Positions 39,426 through 48,322 of a stretch of DNA of 64,000 nt are shown here, piece by piece. How positions within the stretch are numbered: position 1 is the first letter of the stretch; each line of letters begins with the position of its first letter. The notes under the pieces were generated by a model. The model was given only the letters and a program-made list of their open reading frames with translations, searched no databases and was not told the origin of the DNA. Made by a program: the position numbers and the translations under genes. This DNA comes from Acidobacteriota bacterium (GTDB lineage: Bacteria; Acidobacteriota; UBA6911): positions 864,001 through 928,000 of the forward strand of contig OY761556.1 in NCBI GenBank assembly GCA_963664705.1, read 5' to 3'.

Positions 39426-40853
39426 ATGGCGAATCGTCCTTTTTCGATGACGCGCCGGGATTTTCTAGGAGCGTCTGTAAAAATTGCGGCCGCAACCGCG
39501 GTTACCCCTCGGTGTCTCTTTCCCTCAACGCCGCCTGAATCCGTATCGATTGCTTTCCCAAAAGGTTTCTGCTGGGGAACCGCTGCCGGATCCTATCAGG
39601 TCGAAGGGGCCTGGCGTGAGGATGGCAAAGGTGAATCGATATGGGATCGATTTACCCATACTGCAGGTAAGGTTAAAACCGGAGATACTGGGGATGTCGC
39701 GTGCGATCAATACCGGAGGTATCGGGATGATGTGCAATTGATGCGGGACCTCGGTCTCAATAGCTATCGATTCTCCATTTCCTGGCCTCGTATACAGCCT
39801 GACGGCTGCGGCAGTAAAAATGACAGGGGTCTCGATTACTACAAACGTCTGATTGACAATCTCCTCGCTGCGCGCATTCGTCCGGTTCCCGCCCTGTATC
39901 ATTGGGATTTGCCTCAGGCGCTTGAAGACGCGGGCGGCTGGCCCAAGCGAGATACGGCGCAGCGTTTTGCCGATTATGCCGATATCGTGGTGCGCGAACT
40001 GGGAGATCGTCTGCAGAGCTACCTGATCTTCAACGAACCCTGGCTTTTCACCACCCTTGGTTACCTCGTGGGCACCCATGCGCCCGGGCGCTCGGATTTA
40101 TATGATTTCCTATATTCCATCCATACGGTCAGTCTTGCCCAGGGATTGGCCTTCCGCGCCATCAAAGCCGTGCAGCCCTCTGCCATGGTGGGCACTGCAT
40201 TGGGCATGTCCTGGGTGAATACACCGACGGATTGCGCGGCCGACAGGCAGGCGGCCGAGCGGACGCACCTGTCGTTCAATGTCTGGTTCCTGGAGGCGGC
40301 CTACAAGGGCCGCTACCCGGAAGCCATGGTCGGCGTAGCACCGGAAAATTTCGGTGTGCGGGCGGGAGACATGGAGAAGGTTATGGCCCCCCTCGATTTT
40401 GTGGCGCTTGTAAGCTATCCGCCGAGCCGAGTCTCCGCGACTTCCACGCATTCCGCCTCGAATTCCCAAAGCAAGTCGTCCGCAGCAGCGGTCGACAGCT
40501 ATGGTCTGCGCGAAATGATCATGCGCATCACAAAAGACTATAACCGGCCCATCATTGAGGTCACGCAAAGGGGGCACGATTTCGGAGAGACTCCCGATGC
40601 GCAGTGCAGAGTACAGGACAAGATCCGTATCGGCTTTCTCCGCAACCGACTGCTGGATATTTCCTATGCAATCCAGGATGGCGCCGATGTCCGCGGTTAC
40701 TATATTTCAAATCTCACCGACGGCTTTGAATGGGCCGATGGCTATGCAAAACGTTGCGGGCTTGCCCATGTAGACTTTGCCACGCAACGGCGCGTTTTAA
40801 AGGAATCCGGGCGCTGGTATGCAAACCTGGCGCGAACCAACAGCCTGTTGTGA
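39426..40853 (+). CDS. Tat-exported GH1 beta-glucosidase homolog, nucleophile motif altered
   Basis: TRRDFL, F.WGTA..SYQVEG, YRFSISW, YHWD and NEP present. TENG reads TQRG. Confidence 0.9.
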   Translation: MANRPFSMTRRDFLGASVKIAAATAVTPRCLFPSTPPESVSIAFPKGFCWGTAAGSYQVEGAWREDGKGESIWDRFTHTAGKVKTGDTGDVACDQYRRYRDDVQLMRDLGLNSYRFSISWPRIQPDGCGSKNDRGLDYYKRLIDNLLAARIRPVPALYHWDLPQALEDAGGWPKRDTAQRFADYADIVVRELGDRLQSYLIFNEPWLFTTLGYLVGTHAPGRSDLYDFLYSIHTVSLAQGLAFRAIKAVQPSAMVGTALGMSWVNTPTDCAADRQAAERTHLSFNVWFLEAAYKGRYPEAMVGVAPENFGVRAGDMEKVMAPLDFVALVSYPPSRVSATSTHSASNSQSKSSAAAVDSYGLREMIMRITKDYNRPIIEVTQRGHDFGETPDAQCRVQDKIRIGFLRNRLLDISYAIQDGADVRGYYISNLTDGFEWADGYAKRCGLAHVDFATQRRVLKESGRWYANLARTNSLL

Positions 40854-40861
40854 ATACGAGC

Positions 40862-41752
40862 CTAGAGACTTAATCCAAGAAGCCGGCAAATATTGCCGTT
40901 GAAAATCTGCGCGGCGTCTTCTGTCGAAAAATGGGCATCGCTCAGCAGTTGTGAAATGAAGGCAATTTCATCCGCATGCCTGAACCACGGCCAGTCGGTT
41001 CCGAAAAGTATCTTCTGCGGACCGTGACGCTCAAGAAGAAATAGGAATTCCTTCCTGTCAAGCGTCCGGGACGCATTGGACGTATCCAGATACAAGTTGT
41101 CTCTCGGGCTCAGGTATTCCTCGATTTCGGCAAACGGGGCTGCAAGTCCACCCATATGCGCCCCGACAAAAGTGATTTCCGGGAAAGCGGCCGCCAGGCT
41201 GCTTAAGCGCCTGGGCGTGGTGATGTATTCCGGAGGAGTTCCGAAAAAAACATCTGCTTTATAGAAGGTATCCAGAAGCACAAAGAAACAAGGCTTTCCG
41301 GACATGTTATGTTTGCGTATCTTTTCGAACAGCCGGATCGTGATCTCAGAATCCAGCCTGAAGCCTTGGGAGAAAGAGGAAAGTTTTAGGGCCCGGATAC
41401 CTGCGCTGCAGAGCCATTCCAATTCCTTCTCAATTTCCGGCCATGCCGGATGAATTGTGCCTGCCGTGAAGAGACTTTGTTCCCCTTCTATGGCAGAGAC
41501 GAACGTCTTGTTGGCCTCATGGACTCCATTGACCGGGGCAATGGGCAAGAGTAGACATGCGTATACGCCAGCCAGGGTGAATTCTTCCTTTAGTTTGGAT
41601 TTGTCCGTGCGCTCAGAAGCCCCCTCCATGTTTAGGCCGAGCGCCGGAGCAAGACCCTCTCTTCGTGAGACGCTGGAAATTATGGATGGTGTATATAGAT
41701 GCGTATGCGCGTCGAAAATCCCAGAAGAGTCGCAGGTCTGGTTTCTTTCCAT
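40862..41752 (-). CDS. Amidohydrolase_2 family protein
   Basis: DAHTH, AHMGG, LDTS and FGTDWP motifs. Confidence 0.88.
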   Translation of the reverse strand: MERNQTCDSSGIFDAHTHLYTPSIISSVSRREGLAPALGLNMEGASERTDKSKLKEEFTLAGVYACLLLPIAPVNGVHEANKTFVSAIEGEQSLFTAGTIHPAWPEIEKELEWLCSAGIRALKLSSFSQGFRLDSEITIRLFEKIRKHNMSGKPCFFVLLDTFYKADVFFGTPPEYITTPRRLSSLAAAFPEITFVGAHMGGLAAPFAEIEEYLSPRDNLYLDTSNASRTLDRKEFLFLLERHGPQKILFGTDWPWFRHADEIAFISQLLSDAHFSTEDAAQIFNGNICRLLGLSL

Positions 41753-42004
41753 TTTTGCCACTCTAAGGGATGATGTCGTGTTTTGCCAGCAATACCTTCA
41801 TGGTCGCATAGAAATGGCGATACCTCCGCTGCCCCGAAGATTGACTTTGCTGATCATTCAGGATACTTTCGGGCCATTTGCACCGAGGCGGCGGTTTTCA
41901 TCCTGTTGTGTCCATGATGGAGAAGGAAGCACTCGGATCATAATCATTTTTGAAAGGGATTTGTTTCGAAGAGCGGTTTGTTCAGAACCTTCGTGCGTCC
42001 GCTT

Positions 42005-43669
42005 ATGGTTATACAATCGTCCCGGTGGCGTAAAAGCGCCTGCATTTTGTCTGCGCTCGCGTTTTTTCTGCTTTGCATCAATGCGGCATTGCTTTCCTGG
42101 CTCGGCGGCTACGACGTCCGTTTGGGGAATATGCACATCTCCGCCCACGGATTGTTCAAGCCTCTGCTGATGCTGAATGGAAGCTTTATCCTGATGCTAA
42201 TGGCTTGGGGGAGACTCGGGCGCAGCCTTTGTCCGCGGGATGATGTGCCCTCTATGTCCCTCCGGGATTGGGCGTGGATAGGAAGTGCCATTGTGGCGCT
42301 TGTATCCTCGCTTTACCTGTCTTCCGCGCTAATCAATATAAATCATCCGGACTGGACACACCGCCATATCAGTTCGGGGATTCACTCGCTTAGTGATGCC
42401 TGGCAACTATTCATCGGCAAACAGGCCGATGGATTTTGCCGCCCGCTAACCTTTGTCTCTCTCTGGGTAGACTATCGGATGTTTGGGTCATGGTATCCGG
42501 GGTATCACATCCAGAGCATTGTATTGCACATTCTGAATTCCCTGTTGGTTGTGACTCTTGCCGGAACCATGAGATTTGGGCGAATTCCATCCATGTGGGC
42601 GGGACTGCTTTTTGCCGCGACGTCCGTCGGATTTGAGCCTGTTCTGTGGCCTGCGGCCAGGTTTGATTTATTGGCCGCAGCGTTCACTCTTGCCGCATTT
42701 ATCTTTGCTATCAGGTATTTTCGTGATCCGGCCTTATGGACATGGGAACTGGTGCTGTCCAATGGGTTTTATGCGGCTGGGATTTTGAGCAAAGAAAGCA
42801 GCTATGCGCTCCCTTTCCTAGTGTTGGCGGTTGTGGGCTTCTATCCTGTTTGGTCTTTGCTGCGGCCGAGGTTTTTCAAGTGGCTGGCGTATTTTGCCTG
42901 TTCCACGGTTATTAGTGCGCTTGCCGTGTGTGCCCGGATAGCAATTTATGGAAATCTGGGCGGGTATTCAGGCACGACAAATTGGGCGTCCCCTCATTTT
43001 GTGCCCGGATTCAGGACGATTGGGTCTCTGTTGAGAGTTCTGCCCCTTTCGATTTTGGGTGTCAACACAACTGCTTTTGCGCCGCGCTGGGCGACCATCG
43101 GGCTGATCCTCTTTATCATCTTTCTTGTTGTCGCCGCCCTCATTTGTCGCGGCAATTTTCAGCTTCAAGAGTATTTGCTGGCGGGTTGGACCCTGATTGC
43201 TGCAATCCCGGTTATGAATATTGTCTCCTGGATCGGCTCTTCCATGCAACACAGTCGATACCTATACCTGCCCGCGGTTTTCGCCGCGCTGATGATGGCA
43301 TCTGTTCTCAATCGGGGGCGGTTCTCCAGCCTCTTGCTGACGGGATACCTTCTGCTGAGTGCAGCTGGAGTACTGACCAATATTCAGGGCTATAAGAGGG
43401 CGCTTGCCAGAACCGAAATTATCGCTGAATCGGTGCGTATGGAATGGCTAAGGAATCCAGAAGCGCGCAGGATCTGCATTGTGGGCCTTCCAGAACATGT
43501 CGATGGCGTTTTTTATTTTGGGTCGGAATTGATCGAGAGAGTAAAGGGTAAAGTCCCGCGGGCAGAGATCGTGCGAGTAGAATCCAATCAGGTTGGGACT
43601 GAACCAAAATCCACATCCATTTACAGGTGGAGCCCGGCGAAGCATGACTTGGTTCGTATCGGGTCATAG
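42005..43669 (+). CDS. Polytopic GT-C-like membrane glycosyltransferase
   Basis: RPL, YH..S..LH..N, EPV.W..AR.D, SKE and RYLYLP motifs. Start codon uncertain. Confidence 0.8.
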   Translation: MVIQSSRWRKSACILSALAFFLLCINAALLSWLGGYDVRLGNMHISAHGLFKPLLMLNGSFILMLMAWGRLGRSLCPRDDVPSMSLRDWAWIGSAIVALVSSLYLSSALININHPDWTHRHISSGIHSLSDAWQLFIGKQADGFCRPLTFVSLWVDYRMFGSWYPGYHIQSIVLHILNSLLVVTLAGTMRFGRIPSMWAGLLFAATSVGFEPVLWPAARFDLLAAAFTLAAFIFAIRYFRDPALWTWELVLSNGFYAAGILSKESSYALPFLVLAVVGFYPVWSLLRPRFFKWLAYFACSTVISALAVCARIAIYGNLGGYSGTTNWASPHFVPGFRTIGSLLRVLPLSILGVNTTAFAPRWATIGLILFIIFLVVAALICRGNFQLQEYLLAGWTLIAAIPVMNIVSWIGSSMQHSRYLYLPAVFAALMMASVLNRGRFSSLLLTGYLLLSAAGVLTNIQGYKRALARTEIIAESVRMEWLRNPEARRICIVGLPEHVDGVFYFGSELIERVKGKVPRAEIVRVESNQVGTEPKSTSIYRWSPAKHDLVRIGS

Positions 43670-43797
43670 CCGGATGCGCCTGCGCTCCCAATAGGTGCCC
43701 CGGTCTTGGTCTGGAATCTGAAATCTGGAATCTGGAATCTGAAATCTGGAATCCTGCGAATAATCCGCGGCATCAGGCGAGACGCCGGCGTTCCCAG
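43669..43797. repeat. Composite repeat: two GC-rich REP-like units ending in CG(T/C)TCCCA around six tandem TG(G/A)AATC units (43712-43753)
   Basis: Read directly. 43778-43795 matches the hairpin arm at 51807-51824 with 1 mismatch. Confidence 0.85.
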
Positions 43798-43806
43798 TAA
43801 GACTTA

Positions 43807-44343
43807 TTAAAGCACCAGCGCATAACAGAAAACGTCAAGCGGGGTTGCGGCATTCAGGTTGGGGAACTCCGAATGACGGTGCAGAATTCCTTCTCGAAGG
43901 AATCCGTTCTTTTGCAGCACGCCGCAGGAAGCCAGGTTTTTCGTGTGGCAAAGGGCATACAGCCGCACCAACCCAAGATGCCGCGCGATCTCGACTACTG
44001 AACCCAGGGCCTCTGTTGCGAATCCTTTTCCCCAGGCATCTTTGGCCAGTACGTAGCCGGTTGATGCGCGATAGGATGTTTCGAAGCCGAATCCGGTGCT
44101 GCCAAGAACGGAGCCGGTTTCCCGGGATACTATGATATAGGGGCCGGCAGGCCATCTTTCCCATTCCGCGGAGCTGAATGCCAGGAACATCTCCGCGTCC
44201 CTGATAGAATGATGCTTTGGCCAGCTCAGATAGCGGGTCACATCTTCATCGCTGGAGTAGCGATGGAAAATGGCCTCCGCATCTTCAGGACGTGGTTTCC
44301 GCAAAACCAGCCTCCGGGTTTCAACATATTCAGGGGCTCTCAT
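43807..44343 (-). CDS. GNAT acetyltransferase (RimJ/RimL type)
   Basis: ETRRL.LR, GY.L....WGKG.ATEA and N.AS..VL.K.GF..EG motifs. Confidence 0.92.
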   Translation of the reverse strand: MRAPEYVETRRLVLRKPRPEDAEAIFHRYSSDEDVTRYLSWPKHHSIRDAEMFLAFSSAEWERWPAGPYIIVSRETGSVLGSTGFGFETSYRASTGYVLAKDAWGKGFATEALGSVVEIARHLGLVRLYALCHTKNLASCGVLQKNGFLREGILHRHSEFPNLNAATPLDVFCYALVL

Positions 44344-44419
44344 AGCAGCCCTTCTATCGCAGGCTGCTTCTTTTTGTCAAACTGAAAGCTGTTCCGCCCA
44401 TCATTGGTTCATTTGCACA

Positions 44420-44470
44420 ATTCGCGAAACTCGTGGCATACCTCTCTGATCTGCCAGGAATTTCGCGAAT
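44420..44470. repeat. Degenerate REP-like inverted repeat (ATTCGCGAAA.TCGTGGCA)
   Basis: attcgcgaaactcgtggca / tgccaggaatttcgcgaat. Confidence 0.7.
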
Positions 44471-44500
44471 ATTGCGCTTCATCGCCTAATGGCAAACAAA

Positions 44501-45697
44501 CTAGTTTCTGAGCAGGAAGACATCCCAAGCCCATTTATTGATACTCGAATTTGCCTTGGTTTGCACCTTAGCCCGATACCGGAGTTGATTCCCGTACTCA
44601 TCCACTTTTTTGGATAACTTGTAGTCCAGGCTGATGCTCACTATCCCGGATGCATCCAGGCTGAATAATTCATCCGGTTCCGATACTCCGTTGTGATTTC
44701 TGTCGCGCCACAACTGGAGTTCTGTATAGATCGGGTCCTCGCTATCAATGACGCCATTGCCGTTGCCTCCCTTTTCGATTGTGTCATAGACAGCCAGGGC
44801 CAGGAATCCGTTTGGTTCCGATCCCTGCGGCGGATCCGGCTGGGGTGTGTAATTGCCAAATAGTTCAGTGCCATCGTCGACCATGCCGTTATGGTTTCGA
44901 TCCAGGCAAAGCCAGGCATCGTCCGTGTTTACTTTGGTCCATGAAAGCTGTTCCCTGGTTCCGTCAGAGTCGAGATCAAAGAGGACTCCATCATCTCTGG
45001 ATGTGAGCTCCAGGACTCCCTTTCCCATGCCGATCAATATCGGGGAATTAATGCAACGAGGCTCGAGAAAATCCATCGACCCGTTGCAGTTTGCATCATA
45101 TCCCGGATAGCAGACAGGAGGAGCGCCGGGATAAATAAACGGGACGTAATCGTTGCAGTCATCGCCTCCGGCACTTATCGCCCGATGCCCATCTTGATCC
45201 ATATCGCTTGACGGGCAGCCGTTGCAGGTGTGAGTGATGCCGATATAGCGCAGCGGCCCGGTGGCTCCGGTGCAATAGACTGCCGACACATACGACATGA
45301 TGGAACACCACTGCATAATAACGCCGGTTCCATTATCCGCCGCCGCAGAATAGTAGTTTCTGCTGGTCATGACGGGAGAATAAAAGTCTGGCCAGCAATC
45401 CCTGTGATACCAGGGCGCTCCTATCCAGTCTTTCATGCAGCTCGCCGCGCAGGCAGATCGCCCATAGGCAGTCAGCCAGGCACTTTGGAGTTGCCCATCA
45501 GGCCACAAAATCGTGTGCTGCGTTGTTTTGCGGATTACATCGATACAAAATTCCCCGGGTGAAGCGCCACCACAAGGGTTATACAGTTCTACATTGTGGA
45601 CTGTCGAGACCGGCACGCAATTCGTGCAGTCCTGACCATTCAATGGCGTAACACATGCCGCCAAGACCAAAAGGGATACAAGAAGTTTCGCGTTCAT
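44501..45697 (-). CDS. Secreted Cys-rich protein with a C-terminal FrpC-like Ca2+-binding self-processing module homolog
   Basis: Signal peptide, 16 Cys in residues 1-215, DxDxDG..DCND motif, then SP..., FDLD.DG, DD..L.LD.N.NG..D.G.ELFG, GF.ALA..D and L.LW.D.N.NG.S...EL. Confidence 0.8.
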   Translation of the reverse strand: MNAKLLVSLLVLAACVTPLNGQDCTNCVPVSTVHNVELYNPCGGASPGEFCIDVIRKTTQHTILWPDGQLQSAWLTAYGRSACAASCMKDWIGAPWYHRDCWPDFYSPVMTSRNYYSAAADNGTGVIMQWCSIMSYVSAVYCTGATGPLRYIGITHTCNGCPSSDMDQDGHRAISAGGDDCNDYVPFIYPGAPPVCYPGYDANCNGSMDFLEPRCINSPILIGMGKGVLELTSRDDGVLFDLDSDGTREQLSWTKVNTDDAWLCLDRNHNGMVDDGTELFGNYTPQPDPPQGSEPNGFLALAVYDTIEKGGNGNGVIDSEDPIYTELQLWRDRNHNGVSEPDELFSLDASGIVSISLDYKLSKKVDEYGNQLRYRAKVQTKANSSINKWAWDVFLLRN

Positions 45698-46503
45698 TAG
45701 CGACCTCCCTGTGTCTTGTCGAGCAATGAAAGCGCCCGCGTGTTTTGCGCGTCATACTGCTCCTGCAAAATAGATAGGATTGCGGCTCTTGAGGCATGCT
45801 CGTCGTTGGCCGATATGACAGGAAATTGCTTCACCGCTTCAATCTGGTGCATGGCCTTTTCCCTGGCGGTGGAAACTCCCCACAACACCGCGTCCCGGGA
45901 TTTCTCCCCGGATTTACGGAGAGAATCCAGCTGGATTCCCGGCACGATGGTGCCGGCCAATGACATGAATGCATCTTCGGCGGAGAGGGGCAATTTTCCT
46001 AATTTCTGCAGCAGAGCGTTCATGCTGGCATCATCCTGGGTTGAACGTCGACTCCGGAGTATCTCCTTTACACGAGAGCTCTCGAGAATTTGTCCCAGCC
46101 GATGACATTGCATCACTTCCAGTTGTGTCTGATCTCCTTTGCCGCTGCCATCATCAAAAATTGCCGCAGAAATCTCGACCTTTCGGTCTGCGGCATGTTC
46201 GTGGGATATTGTCAGGTTAAAGGATTGTCCTGGAGCGAGGCCGGAAGGCTCGGCATTGAGCCAGTCCTGATAATAGTGCGCATCCGCCTTGAAGGACAGC
46301 GCGACAGCCGTGATCACGTCTGTCGATTTGTTTTTAAAGGATAGCGTCCACATTGGACCGCTCTCATCAATGGATGCCAATTCGATAGCCTGGGTCCGAT
46401 CTGTTGTCCGCCATGAGGACAAATCATCTTTGGCTCCTGCCAGCAAATCTAGCGAGCAGAGGATCAGACAGGCTGTGACACAAAACGAAAACCTGGTGAG
46501 CAT
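45697..46503 (-). CDS. Secreted hypothetical protein (beta-sandwich plus helical domain), coupled to the downstream gene
   Basis: 268-aa ORF with signal peptide and AAGGAG RBS. Its TAA overlaps the next ATG (TAATG). Confidence 0.75.
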   Translation of the reverse strand: MLTRFSFCVTACLILCSLDLLAGAKDDLSSWRTTDRTQAIELASIDESGPMWTLSFKNKSTDVITAVALSFKADAHYYQDWLNAEPSGLAPGQSFNLTISHEHAADRKVEISAAIFDDGSGKGDQTQLEVMQCHRLGQILESSRVKEILRSRRSTQDDASMNALLQKLGKLPLSAEDAFMSLAGTIVPGIQLDSLRKSGEKSRDAVLWGVSTAREKAMHQIEAVKQFPVISANDEHASRAAILSILQEQYDAQNTRALSLLDKTQGGR

Positions 46504-46702
46504 ATTTCGTCTCCTTCCGAGTTGATGGATTAAAACCTGAGGGATGCGCCAGTTCCGGCGATTACTGGGTCCTGCGCGGATATTGTTTCTGCCGGCAGAG
46601 ACTTATTTCAGGAAATCTGAAGTGCGGCCGCCCAATCAATAGATCGATGGTTGCCGTTGCCAACTGAATCCGCAAACGGTCATAATGAACTTGAGGTGGA
46701 CA

Positions 46703-47461
46703 ATGCAGATCGTCATGCGTACGGCATTTGCCGACAACTACATATTCTTGCTCCCTGAGGATGAAGGATCCGGCGTTGCCGTCGTTGATCCAGGGCTTGC
46801 AGAACCTGTCGAAGCGTACCTGCAAAGCACAGGCCGGTGTCTCACGGCGATCCTCAATACGCACCATCATCATGACCACACCGGTGGCAACCGGAAATTG
46901 CTCGAGGCCTACCCCGATATTGCCGTTTATGGCGGGGCAGGAGATCGAGGCCGCATTCCCGGGCAAACGCATTTTGTTCGGGAGGGAGACCGCATCTCTC
47001 TTTCAGGAATGGAGGCAATGGTCCTGGATGTACCTGGACACACGCGTGCTCATATCGCCTATTACGTCGCCGGGATTGATGGGGAAGGAGACCTGTTTTC
47101 CGGCGATACGGTTTTTGGCGGGACGATAGGAAATCTCTTCGAAGGCACTCCGGATACGATGTTTGAATCCATACGAAAAATCAGGAGCCTGCCGCGAAAG
47201 ACTCGAATCTGGGCCGCCCATGAATACACGCTTCAGTTTGTTCGAGAGGCCGCGCGGCTGGATCCCAACAATGCCTGCCTTGTATCGCGGTTGAAAAGGC
47301 TCGAGGAGGAAGCTCGCGTCGGGAAACCCTCGATCCCGCTGACGCTGCAGGAGGAATGCTGCACCAATCCATTTTTCCGCTGGGATGATCCTGCCCTGGC
47401 AAAATCTCTTTCCAAAACGCCGGGGCTGGAGACATTCCGGCATCTGTGTGAGATCACCTAA
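46703..47461 (+). CDS. gloB: Hydroxyacylglutathione hydrolase (glyoxalase II)
   Basis: DNY, THHHHDH, PGHT..H, FSGDT, AHEYT and E...NPF motifs. Confidence 0.9.
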   Translation: MQIVMRTAFADNYIFLLPEDEGSGVAVVDPGLAEPVEAYLQSTGRCLTAILNTHHHHDHTGGNRKLLEAYPDIAVYGGAGDRGRIPGQTHFVREGDRISLSGMEAMVLDVPGHTRAHIAYYVAGIDGEGDLFSGDTVFGGTIGNLFEGTPDTMFESIRKIRSLPRKTRIWAAHEYTLQFVREAARLDPNNACLVSRLKRLEEEARVGKPSIPLTLQEECCTNPFFRWDDPALAKSLSKTPGLETFRHLCEIT

Positions 47462-47610
47462 AACCAAAAAGGACGAGTTTCCGGCTTTGCGGCGGAGGGA
47501 TGGCTTTTCCGGCTCGCCCCCCCTTCCAAAGACTATCGTGGCAAATATCGCAAATTCGAAGCGCATGTCATTATGGTACTTCCGAACATGCAGGTTATCG
47601 GTGCTTACGC

Positions 47611-47904
47611 TCACCGAAAGGTCCGCCGCGTAATGTCCTGAGTCGCATCAGGCATCGTTTGACGCCCTGTCGGCTTTCCATTCAGTAGACGCACTTCGGC
47701 ATATAAAAATCCTACCGGAGGCCAACCTGCAGATACAAAATTCATGACGGTCTCCGAGGGGGCGACCGAGCCAAATGGTACCGGCTGGGCCGACAGGTTT
47801 ATGGAAGGCATGACGAGGTGACAGGCCCAGGCAATCCATTGTGCATATATGCTTCCAAGCAGAACTGCACAGAGGCAAAGCACCACAATGCGCTCCTTCT
47901 TCAT
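47611..47904 (-). CDS. Small (97 aa) putative secreted protein or gene remnant
   Basis: GGAG RBS, MKK plus hydrophobic signal-like N-terminus, upstream promoter. No recognised domain. Confidence 0.45.
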   Translation of the reverse strand: MKKERIVVLCLCAVLLGSIYAQWIAWACHLVMPSINLSAQPVPFGSVAPSETVMNFVSAGWPPVGFLYAEVRLLNGKPTGRQTMPDATQDITRRTFR

Positions 47905-47952
47905 CTGCCAATCTCCCTTTTTTTGCAGCCTGACGTCCATCCATTGGAGTCA

Positions 47953-47997
47953 ATTGCAAAATGCGATATATATATTGCAATATGCAATAACTGTCAA
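47953..47997 (-). promoter_or_regulatory. Promoter TTGACA-17-TATATA overlapped by two ATTGCA-N3-TGCRAT palindromes
   Basis: Palindromes at 47953-47967 and 47974-47988. The -35 hexamer runs 47997-47992. Confidence 0.65.
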
Positions 47998-48322
47998 CGG
48001 GAATCGGTTTGGGGGAAGCGAGAAAGCGCGAGGTGATTTAGATAAGTTGTTATTATGCAACTAAATACGGTTATAATTGTAAAAGTCGATTTTCGAGGGA
48101 TCGGAGAAGGTGGGCAGGGGCAGCAATGGATACTGTTCTTGGATCTTCGAGGGACGGGGATGCGAAAGAAGGAGCTTGGCCGCATGCGGATTCGGATACT
48201 GTCCACACAAAAATCCGGAGTGACGCCATAATTGATTTTTTTGCCCGGTACCCTTTGCCTATACTGTGGACGCGGTATTTCTGGAATGCTGCCCATAACA
48301 AAGCTGCTTCAGGAGAAGATGG

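Noticed and set aside
43712-43753. CRISPR array, here or at the dispersed hairpins
   Set aside because: These are 7-bp tandem units or isolated inverted repeats with no unique spacers, and no cas genes are present.
47519-47566. MRFEFAIFATIVFGRG resembles the N-terminus of an iron-containing alcohol dehydrogenase (possible remnant)
   Set aside because: Only 16 codons, with no RBS and no continuation; this cannot be distinguished from chance.
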